45,989 nt of DNA. Origin: Macrostomum lignano (lineage: Eukaryota). The position numbers were made by a program, and so were the translations under genes. The DNA lies in assembly GCA_002269645.1 (NCBI GenBank), contig NIVC01000773.1, positions 337,417-383,405 of the forward strand. Reading direction: 5' to 3'. The notes beneath the pieces were generated by a model. The model was given only the letters and a program-made list of their open reading frames with translations. It was not told where the DNA came from and made no database searches. Within the stretch, counting starts at the first letter, position 1. Every line of letters begins with the position of its first letter. Of this stretch, positions 31,601-42,772 are shown one piece after another.

Positions 31601-34600
31601 AAGGAAGAGGAATGGTTAGAAAAGAGGGACTCCACTGAGAAGTGGAAGTGTGAAGCCTTGTATGAAGGCTGTTTTTACTCTGCTCTAATTATTCAGGTAA
31701 GCAACCGATCCCAACGATTGAAATGTTAAAATTCTTGAATCGATCTAATATTTGTACGCTCATATTTTCTCATTAATTTAAAGGTAATACTAAGCAACAA
31801 CCTAGAGCCTGGGAGCTTCCGCTTTGTGCGTGAATTGGTGGCCAAAAAGACCCGACTGAACCGAATTCTCGAGTTGGTTCAACCCAGAGTCTTTCAGGAG
31901 CGTGACATGAAGAAAGCACGAAGGCATTACCAGACAAAGGTAAAATTAAGCACAGCCCATATAATTTTTATCGAGAACTTTGTTTTCTCCGTTTTACCTT
32001 TTCAAACTAATTTTTAAGAAAAGGGAAGAAATTAAATGTGAAAATAATCTTTAAAACTGACATTAACTTGATAATTTCTCATGCCGTAACCATCCCAAAC
32101 AGAATCTGTCAGACGGCTCAGCCACCGATTCCGAGGCAATCTTCGAAGATAAGAGCAGCCGCTGTTTGCAACCTCCAGCTTTGCTGCCTAAACAACATCC
32201 GCCTACGATTGCACAGTTAGCGCCAATGCCTCCTATTAGTGATGATGAAGCAGAAGCTGGCGTAGACGCCGATATGGAAGCTGAGGCGGAAGCTGAAGTG
32301 GAAGCTGAGGTGGAAGCTGAGGTGGAAGCTGAGGTGGAAGCTGAAGTGGAAGATGAGGTGGAAGCTGAGGCGGAAGCTGAAGTGGAAGCTGAGGCGGAAG
32401 CTGAAGTGGAAGCTGAGGCGGAAGCTGAAGCGGAAGATGAGGTGGAAGCTGAGATGGGAGCTGAGGCGGAAGCTGAGGCGGAAGCTGAGGTGGAAGCTGA
32501 GATGGGAGCTGAGGTGGAAGCTGAGGCGGAAGCTGAAATAGAAGCTGAGTTCGTAGCAGATGATCGATCGACGATTCCTAAGTCGCCTCCCACCATTTCA
32601 TCTTTTAATTTTGGTTCTGGCTTTCTTAGAAAACTAGAAGAGCAGATCCAAGCCGGTGTTAGCTTTGAGCTGGAAAGTCCAAGAGGCATCAAGTTTCTGT
32701 CCTTATATGCCCTACGCGAACTTACTATGCGCAAGAATTAATTGAAAGCATTAGAAAATAGTTTGACCAAACAAATCACCGCAATGCGCACTGAAGTGCA
32801 GAGCGTGCTACGCTTTTTGGAACCGGTTGGCGCTGACATTCCAACTGATAATTCTGAGCCTTCATTCTGGCCGATCAACTCCTGGGAAAAATATGTGCAA
32901 TTCGCTTCCAGTCCAAATGAACATATTTCTACTTTGGTAAGTTCATGACAGAGTTTTTTATTTTCTTTTCATTAGAAGAAATGCTCTAACTACTACTCAA
33001 AGCGCACTAGTACTATCACTGAAATAATAATCTATAAGTATTCTCACCTGTAAAAATCTAAACAGAAGAGCCTGCTACGTTCATGCAAGCGAGACAAGTG
33101 GTCCGATGCTTTAATGGCAATGCTTAACGAGAGCTTGTCGAAAGAGATGCAGGCGGTTATTAATTTAATCGGGTCAGACATGCGAAGCTGAGCTGTTGCT
33201 GCTGGAGTTGCGACCAACCTTGCTGATGCGCAGCTTGGATTTCAGAGCACTCTGCTCAGCCATTTCCAAAGTAAGTCTACTTAATCAACGTTCAATGAGA
33301 CTTTTAGAGCTAAATATCAAGAAATTAGTCGAGCACAGTGCATGCTATTCATAGTAACTTTCAACTTTTTTCCTAACAGAAGCAATCACATTCATCTATG
33401 GCGCGACCGCTGAAGCCGGCAGGCCCTCTGAACAATCTGTAAGAAATACTTGCAGACAGCAGCTAAAGCATGGCGGTGACCGATTAAAGGGGCGGTCGCA
33501 TCGCACAGGAAGCCAGCTGCTTTCCGGAGTCCAGACTCAAAGCCCCGCTTCTGACAGCACCGTACAAAGACAGTCTCTGGTGGCAGCGACTCCAAGCCCC
33601 GCTTCTGGCAGCGCCGTACAAAGACAGTCTCTGGTGGCAGCGACTCCAAGCCCCGCTTCTGGCAGCGCCGTACAAAGACAGTCTCTGGTGGCAGCGACTC
33701 AAAGTCCCGCTTCTGGCAGCGCCGTACAAAGACAGTCTCTGGTGGCAGCGACTCCAAGCCCCGCTTCTGGCAGCGCCGTGCAAAGACGGTCTTTGGTGGC
33801 AGCGACTCAAAGTCCCGCTTCTGGCAGCGCTGTGCAAAGACGATCTCTGGTGGCAGCGACTCAAAGTCCCGCTTCTGGCAGCGCTGTGCAAAGACGATCT
33901 CTGGTGGCAGCGACTCAAAGTCCCGCTCCTGGCAGCGCCGTGCAAAGACGATCTCTGGTGGTAGCGACTCAAAGTCCCGCTCCTGGCAGCGCCGTGCAAA
34001 GACGGTCTTTGGTGGCAGCGACTCAAAGTCCCGCTTCTGGCAGCGCTGTGCAAAGACGATCTCTGGTGGCAGCGACTCAAAGTCCCGCTTCTGGCAGCGC
34101 CGTGCAAAGACAGTCTCTGGTGGCAGCGACTCAAAGTCCCGCTTCTGGCAGCGCCGTGCAAAGACAGTCTCTGTGGCAGCGACTCCAAGCCCCGCTTCTG
34201 GCAGCGCCGTGCAAAGACACAGCCATTCATCTTCTTTTTCCCTAGTGAGTAAAAACGTATCTAAACTGAATAATGAACGATGAATACGATGATTGCTAAG
34301 CATTAAATACTACTGTCAGTAAGATAAAATGTGCATGCAGTAATTTTTTGTTTTCTTTCCAATGTCACAGACACCATCGCGACTATCAGCGGGAGAAGTG
34401 CCGCCAGCGGCGACAGCAAAGCCGAGCTCCCAATCCAGAAAGCGAGCGAGTATTCAGTTGGATTCTCAGCCTCGAAAGCGGAACAACCATCGCCCCCGTT
34501 CAGCAAAGTCGAAAACCAACTACCGCACTGACTGCTCTCTCGAATCTGATGACGAAACCGAATCAAGTGGATCAAACTGGTCCGAAGATCAGCGAGAGCT

Positions 34601-37600
34601 GGATGATGGACAATTTAAAATCTTCTAATTATGAGAGCACGTATTTTACGAGTAAATGCTGTCACAAAATGATTTTAAAACTGACATTCTTTCAACACCT
34701 TTGTTGCCAAAAACTTAACTATTTTTCGTTCTAATATTGTGTTTTAATATCAGTTCCATTTAACTTCGCTAAATAAATTCAAATTTCATTACATTTAAGT
34801 TTCTTATTCGATTTCATTCATAGACTCAAACTAATTTTCTAAAAAACTGCAAAAAAATTCACAAAAGGCAAACTTCGTAAGCAGGTAGCAGCAAGGTTGT
34901 TTAAATTTATAATGGAAGAGACAATTGCTTAAAAAAATCAGATAGCTCTGAAAATTATTTGGAAATAAATTCAATTTTGAAACAACCAGAAAGCTAGGCT
35001 GCTGCCAGAGCAAAATATATCAATAAAAGCCCTGCATACTACTGTTAGTAGAGTAAACCAATTCTTGCCTTAATTTATTGGGCAGTCCACCGGGCGCCGG
35101 GTATAAGGCCGGCGCCCCGACTGGACAAAGAGTACGCCCCGCTACCGGCCACAGGCCACCGGGCGCCGCGGTCTGCGCACCCTTGGGCGTACCAGAATTT
35201 CCCACTGGGGAGGGGAGAGAGAGGGGAGATGGGGGAGAGGGGGAGAGGGGAGAGAGGAGTTGGATGAGAGAGAGGAAGAGAGAGCGGGGGTTATAGGGGT
35301 AGAGGGCGAGTTGGGGAAGAACGAGAGAAGAGAAACAGAGATGGCAAAAGCAGGATGGAGAGAGAGAGAGAAGGGAAGAACGAGGAAGAGAGGGGAGAGG
35401 GAAACAAAAAAGTCCTGAGCAGGACTCAGCTTATTATGGAGGTTCATGGAGTCTACGGTGCCTCCCAGCATCCCACATCAGACACCTTTGAGAGGAAGTC
35501 CATTTCCGTTCTAAACCCGGCAATACTACTCACTCAAATAAAGTCAGCCAACCTTTTTACGGGCATTGCAAAACATTTGTAACAAATGAACAACAAAATT
35601 TGATGAATGCATTTTATGAGCTGGGCGGACTTGTGGAAGCTGCTGCTGGATTGAAACAATTGTATTATATACCCGATTTCTTTTCGAGTGAGTGCGAACT
35701 CTGAAAGTATGGCATGTACGTGTAAATTTTTACCTGAAATGGGATACTCACATCCTTAGTTGTTTCGAGTGATGCTTATCAACAAATTCTCCACATCCCC
35801 GCTAGTCCCCCCAAATCCCAACTAATTCCCCAATATCCCAACTAATTCCCCATATCCCAACTAATCCCCCCCAAATCCCAACTAACCCCCCCCCAAATCC
35901 CCCCTAATCCCAACTAACCCCCCAAATCCCAGATAAATGCTCCCAAGTCCCAACTAATTCCCGAGTCCCAAATGATCCCAAGTACAAAATAACCCCTAAA
36001 ATTCCAAATCGCCAAGGATTCCCAAATGATTTCCTGCATCCTAACTGATCCCCAATTCCAAAAAGATCCCCAAACGCCAATGTCCCCAGCCGCAGGCAGG
36101 GCAGGAATTCGGGCCTCACCGTCGGGCCGCAGAGTTCGCTCGGCTCTGCCGTCCGGCTCCCCCGAGGCCGCAGCCAATCACAGCAGATGAAGTCGGTGAC
36201 GGAGAAGCCCGGACCCAGCCTGGCAGCAATGAGGCGGTCGCAGTTCCAGGCTCCCGAGGCTTCGCGACTGTCAGCGGAGATTCGGCACAGCCTGAGCTGA
36301 CCCAGATCCACTGCGCTTAGCTGCACTTCGAGTACCTGTCAATCAGATTTATAGGCATATTAGGTAAATAAACTGATTGAATGACATCATCTTATGATTT
36401 TTTTGGTACAGGCAAGACCGAAAAGATATTTAAGCTAAATTCGTAGCTTAATTATTCCCTAATTCCTCTATCAAGAAATTGCCTAATTTCAATCGGGTAA
36501 TTCCCCAATTCCAATCGAGGGATTCCCAATTTCCAAACTGGGGATTTCCCAAATTCCAATCTGGGGATTTCCCAAATTCCAATCTGGGGATTTCCCAAAT
36601 TCCAATCGAGGGATTCCCAAATTCCAATCGGGAGATTCCCAAATTCCAATCTGGGGATTTCCCAAATTCCAATATGGAGATTTCCCAAATTCCAATCGGA
36701 GGATTCCCAAATTCCAATCGAGGGATTCCCAAATTCCAATCGAGGGATTTCCATATTCCAATCGAGGGATTCCCAAATTCCAATCGGGGGATTCCCAAAT
36801 TCCAATCTGGGGATTTCCCAAATTCCAATCTGGGGATTTCCCAAATTCCAATCGGAGGATTCCCAAATTCCAATCGAGGGATTCCCAAATTCCAATCGAG
36901 GGATTTCCATATTCAAATCGAGGGATTCCCAAATTCCAATCTGGGGATTTCCCAAATTCCAATCGAGTGATTCCCAAATTCCAATCGGGAGATTCCTAAA
37001 TTCCAGTCGGGGAATTCTCTAATTCCAATCGGGGGATCCCCAAATTCCAATCCGGGAATTCCCAAATTCCAATCGGGGGATCCCCAAATTCCAATCCGGG
37101 AATTCCCAAATTCCAATCGGGGGATCCCCAAATTCCAATCCGGGAATTCCCTAATTCCACAAAACCTCTCCGTCGACGCTGCCGAGGCCCCCAGCCGGCA
37201 AACTGATGGCCCGTCGCCCGGTGTCGCCCAGGTCGCCGACCAGCTCCAGCCGGAGGCAACCTTGCAGTGGACCGCCGTCAGCCGATGTCGAGGCCTTTAG
37301 CGTCACCAGTCGCAGCTGATAGTCCGCCACCGCCTGTCGGCCGGCCGGCACCTCCAGGCTCGCCTGCGCGCTCGCCGCGTCTCCAGGCGCCGACGCCGCC
37401 GGCCAGAAAAGTCGAGCCGCGGCCGGCAGACGAAACTCTATCGATAGCGACGCTTTCGCCTGGTTGGTCGTTTGAAGCGCCGGTTTCCATAGCAACAGAC
37501 GTCGCAGCGTCGGAGGCGGTTGCCATGTCGCCGCCAGCCGAGGATCCCGCGGGATCAGGTCGAGACGCAGCTTCCACAGCTCCGGTCTGGACGCCGCCTC

Positions 37601-40600
37601 GTCAGCCGACGCGGACTTCAAGGCCAGTCGAAGCCGCACCTCGCCGCCAGACTGAGGCAAAATTGTCGCCGAGGCAGTCGCTGCCGCGTCGCCCGAGCCG
37701 AAGCAGACGGTGGCCTCCATGCTGGCCAAGTTTTGGCCGACGCTGCTTTTCTTGGCATCGAAGTCAGCGAAGCCCAGCAACCATTCGTCTGGGCCGAGAG
37801 CTGGCGGTGGCGGCGGCGGCGGCGTCTGGGGCTTCGAAGGCAGTGGTGGCGGTGGCGACTCCGACTTCAGTGGCTGCGGTGGCGGCGGCAGCGGCGCCTT
37901 TGGAGGAGGCTTCGGGCTGCCGACTGTGCATGTGTGAAAATTATTATGGAGAATTTAATGAATTTTTCTATTACAGTGTTGTGATGGGGCTCAAGGGCTC
38001 GGTCCTTTCGTGCCCCTTTCCCAGACCCGGGTTCGCGCACTGAACCTGGCTGCGGTCCTCCACTGACACGCGTACGACGCGGTGTCCGTCAGGACCAGGC
38101 TGCTCGAGCGTACGACGCACGACAGCCTACAGACTCGCGTACGACGCAGAGCTGCTTGGGTTGGGACCGGCGTACGACGCACTTAATCCCTCTAAGGTGC
38201 CTAGTACAGATGCAGACCCAAATGACTTGCAAATTGGAAGGCTTACCGGCGCGATTTCAGTCGTACAACTCGGGAACAGCGCCGACAGAGCAGTGGGAGT
38301 ATCGATAGTCTTTAATTGTATTTGTAGGACAATTCGGACACTTAATAGCAACCAACGCTGGCAAAATCACCGGAGAGCCACGAAGATGACGAGAATGGGG
38401 TCTCAAGGGGGTCAGAATAAATAGGCAGCAAACTGGGGGTTGAGGGCGCGGGATAAAGGCAGAAAAGAGGCTTAGACATCAGCATAGAAAAAACATGAGC
38501 CGTACCAGCCAATCGCCGGGGCGCAGCACGGCAGACTGGGACTGGCAGCCAATCACAAACAGGGGCGGGGCAGCAAAGCTAACAAAAGAATGGGGCGGGG
38601 GCGCACGGGGCGCACACAGAGCAAGGGGGGTTTGACTAAACGGAAAAGGCCTAGGCAGAGAGGGGGAGGATACGCACGCGCAGAAGTGAAAGGGGGTTGA
38701 GTCAGAAAATATCTGAGGAGGGGGGGGGAAAGATGCCGGCCAGACTGGCCCGGCGTAGAATAGTGCACTCAACTCAAGTTACAATAACACATTCATGACA
38801 ACAGCATTTTTGGTGCTCCCTACTCAGTCACTGACTCTTCCTACTCAGCTACTAACTCTCCCTACTCAGCTATTGACTCTCCCTACTCAGCTACCGACTC
38901 TCCCTACTCAGCTACTGACTCTCCCTACTCAGCTACTGACTCTCCCTACTCAGCTATTGACTCTCCCTACTCAGCTACTGACTCTCCCTACTCAGCTATT
39001 GACTCTTCCTACTCAGCTATTGACTCTCCCTACTCAGCTATTGACTCTTCCTACTCAGCTATTGACTCTCCCTACTCAGCTATTGACTCTCCCTACTCAG
39101 CTACTGACTCTCCCGACTCAGCTATTGACTCTCCCTACTCAGCTATTGACTCTCCCTACTCAGCTATTGACTCTCCCTACTCAGCTACTGACTCTCCCGA
39201 CTCAGCTATTGACTCTCCCTACTCAGCTCCCAGTCAGCTCCCAGTGGCTATTCCACATTGCTCACAGGTCAAAACTTCCGGATAGAGCCGAACATTCGGT
39301 TCCGCGTCATCGCTCACTGGTACCGCTCGACCGTCCGGCTCGAAGCCGAGCCACAGGCCGCTGGAGCAGCTGCGCAGGGTGACGAAAGCGCCTGTTTTGA
39401 ATTTTTCCACTTTGAAATGGCAGCTGACGTCCCCGGTGCCCTGAAAATAAAAAATTAAAAAATGCGCGCTCTGATAGCAACCTCATGGCAACGCAGTAGC
39501 AATAGCATAGCAACAGCATAGCAAAAGCATTGCAACAGCATAGCAACAGCTAGCAACAGCATAGTAACAGCATAGCAACAGCATAGCAACAGCATAGCAA
39601 CAACGTAGCAACAGCATAGCAACAGCATAGCAACAGCATAGCAACCAACCAGGCAGTCGAACTCGCCGTCCCGCAGCCGCAGAAACTGCTCCGGCAGCAG
39701 CACCGATTCGAACATCCGCAGCGCTGTCCGGCCCTCGCCGTCATCGTAGCCTTCGCCCTCGTCATCGGGCAGTCGGCGCACCCTGAAGAGCGCCACCCGG
39801 CCTCGCCGACCAGCCCCGTTCAGGCGGCGGCCGTCTTGCTCAACCGCCAGCGCCTGCTCCCTACTGGTTGCCATGGTAACCACAGAGCCTTGCCGGAACC
39901 GACCGCGGCAGTGCGGAACCAGCGGCTGCGGCAGCGAAGTCGCCGCTGCGGCTTTCTTCGACGTCGACAACGTCGACTGGCGACCGTCGGCATTGAGCAG
40001 GAGCTGCTGGGACGGCCGCCTGGCCGATGCGACAACAACGGAGCGCGGCAGCAGCTCGTGAGGCCGCAGGCGGAACTCGCATTGGGCACCGGATTTGCCC
40101 TGGTTCGATTTGTTTTTTTTCGTTTTTTTGTTATAATTATATTTTGTTATAATTATATTTTGTTATAATTATATTTTGTTATAATTATATTTTGTTATAA
40201 TTATATTTTGTTATAATTATATTTTGTTATAATTATATTTTGTTATAATTATATTTTGTTATAATTATACTTTGTTATAATTAGGTCCCGCATGCGGCTG
40301 GTGCGGGTTTACCGGTAGTCTGATGGATTATTAAAACAAACTCTAACAAAAATAGCAAAACGAGGCCGGAGGCGAAGGTTTGTTTCTAAGAAATCAGGTC
40401 ACTTTCTATATCGAATGATTGTGACACTATGACATATTAGGAGAAGATAAGATATTAGACATAAAACAATGGAAATGAAAGATATTAAATGATAGATTGC
40501 CGATTAGAGAAAAAGAGATGGAAGATGAAGAGGCTAGAGATTAGAGAATAGATATCAGAGACTAGAGAAGACAGATTAGAGATTAGAGACTAGAGATTAG

Positions 40601-42725
40601 AGTGAGATATAAATGAGGAGAGAAGAGAAATAAAGTATATTTTATTGCATCATGTAACTACAGGCTGAGTGCAAAGCTACAGTGTAACATTGTTGGGCAA
40701 AATGGAATTGTTTATTTTTGCTATCGGTAAATTCGATAAAAAACTTCAAGGGTCAGTGCAATAATTTCTAATGTTATTTAGTTTGTGGTGGTCGAACAAA
40801 ACGGATCATGTTTCTAAGAAATCATAAAACCTGTACCTGAACCTGATGCTCGGTCATGAGAAACTGAAAACCGAGCGATGATGTCTTGTGAGACTGAAAC
40901 AGTCTTAAGAGTACAGCAGTATTTATTGATCTCAGTCAATACGGTGCCGCCTTACCTGGCCTTTTATGAGACCGTTCGGGCTGAGCCCCAGGTAGCATTT
41001 TGGAGCGCCGAGGCAGCGAAACATCCGCGACCCATCTGGCTTTGCCAGCACGGTGAAGAAGGCTGAAATGCATTGTTTATGACCGCATATTCCTTAGGTA
41101 GGTTCCATGAGGATTTTAGTTGCCATGCCGTTTCTTATACTGGTTACTATGCCGTTTCTAACTGGTTACTATGCCGTTGCTAACTGGTTGCTATGCCGTT
41201 GCTAACTGGTTGCTATGCCGTTGCTAACTGGTTGCTATGCCGTTGCTAACTGGTTACTATGCCTTTGCTAACTGGTTGCTATGCCATTGCTAACTGGTTA
41301 CTATGCCGTTGCTAACTGGTTGCTATGCCGTTGCCAAGTGGTTGTTATGCCGTTGCTAGCATGTTGCTGTGTCGTTGCTAACTGGTTGCTATGCCGATTC
41401 TTATACCGGTTGCTATGCCGTTGCCAACCAGTTGTTTTGCCGTAGCTAATTGGTTGCTCGTTGCTACCTAGTTGCTATGTTGTTGTTAAGACATCGTGCA
41501 AGATCTAAATCTCACACATTGGATTCCCCTCGGCCTCCGATTCGCTCAAATCGTTCGTCCTTGCCGCGTCCACGCTGGTGTCCGAGTTCACTCGGACAGG
41601 CCGGCCAGTGGCCGGGCAGTAGAGCTGCACGGTGCAGTTGTTCTCGAACATCCAGGCGATGCCCTGCCAGGACGACCGCTCCAGCTGCTGCAGCGCCGGC
41701 TGCTCGTCCGGCGGGACACCGGCTGATGCGGCGGCGGCCGCCGACTGTCTGCGCAGCGGCCGGAGGTCCCTGGCCAGTCGACCGTCGTCCTCGGCGGAGT
41801 CCAGCCACCTGGATTGGAGCGACGGATTAGCGAGGGTTACTCTACTTAACTCTACTCTACACAACTCTGATCTATTATACTCCACTCTACTCCACTATAC
41901 TCTACTACACTCTACTCCACTCTACTCCACTATACTCTACTACACTCTACTCCACTCTACTACACTCTACTCCACTCTACTTCACTCTACTCCACTCGAC
42001 TCCACTCGACTCTACTACATTCTACTCAACTCTATTCTACTCTACTCTACTTTACTCTACTCTACTCTACTGCATAATTTAATCTAATATTGCTCTATCT
42101 ACTACATTAAATCTATTCAAATTTTCTGTTTACGTCCCTAATGTCAGCCACTAAGCCCTCTTCTCCAGATCGTCTACTCAAACTCTCGCCTCTACTCTAA
42201 GTAGTGTTTTATTACTCTTATCTACAGCCTCTCCATCGCAGAACCAAATCCCGCCCACCTGTAGCACAGAAACTCCGCAGCTTCATCCGGTTGGGACTCC
42301 GGCCGCACGGCCACCTTGTCCAGGTACCAGCCGTGTCCGGGCTCTCTGGCGTCGTGGCAGACGCTCAGCTTGGTCAGGCGGCCCAGGTGCACAGCCTCGA
42401 GTGAGAATTTGTCCACCTTGAAGTTGAAAATTAATCATTAAAGTGAAATCTGCCTGCAGCGGCACAAAGATAAGCTACAAAGAGCTGCATCAAAGCATAA
42501 AAATTAGTCAGCTGCCCGCACCTGTCCTTTCATAAACGGTGCAACTTGAAAATCTTTATCTTCAACGCGATCGAAAAGCAGTTCTCGGGGTCCGGTGTCG
42601 CCAAGGTCTCCGTGAAGGGTGACGGTGACTGCGGCTGAGGTGCCAGCGTTGTACAGGTCACCTGTGTGCACCTCCAGAGTGTACCGCTCCACTGCAATTG
42701 GTGATGGAATAGGTGCCCCGCTATT

Positions 42726-42772
<47 letters not shown>

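Larger units (their letters stand above)
31511..34628 (+). pseudogene. Transposon accessory gene, DUF4806-like, decayed; exons about 31511-31696, 31784-31939, 32103-32936, 33066-33270, 33380-about 34244, 34371-34628
   Basis: GT-AG introns in consistent phase; C-terminal motif [16 protein letters not shown] resembles the DUF4806 WLxHAxDR signature; in-frame stops TAA 32739-32741 and TGA 33189-33191; 1-nt deletion near 34173. Confidence 0.6.
25301..35209. mobile_element. EnSpm/CACTA (CMC superfamily) DNA transposon, about 9.9 kb, apparently full-length
   Basis: Left end CCCAGTGG (25301), right end CCACTGGG (35202-35209); GA on both flanks (25299-25300, 35210-35211) as 2-bp TSD; subterminal GGCGCC and GTACGCCC motifs at both ends; the same GA-rich tract on both sides; internal CMC-type transposase. 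Confidence 0.85.

Noticed and set aside
32739-33191. Stop-codon readthrough or non-standard genetic code in the accessory gene
   Set aside because: Two different stops, each explained by one C-to-T change, plus a later frameshift; neighbouring genes use standard stops. Decay is more parsimonious.
33392-34303. 303-aa minus-strand ORF ([18 protein letters not shown])n
   Set aside because: Antisense reading of the 54-bp repeat; the plus frame links by splice sites to the accessory gene.
36448-39382. ORFs encoding [14 protein letters not shown] and (LPTQLLT)n repeats
   Set aside because: Intronic minisatellite artefacts, open in several frames at once.
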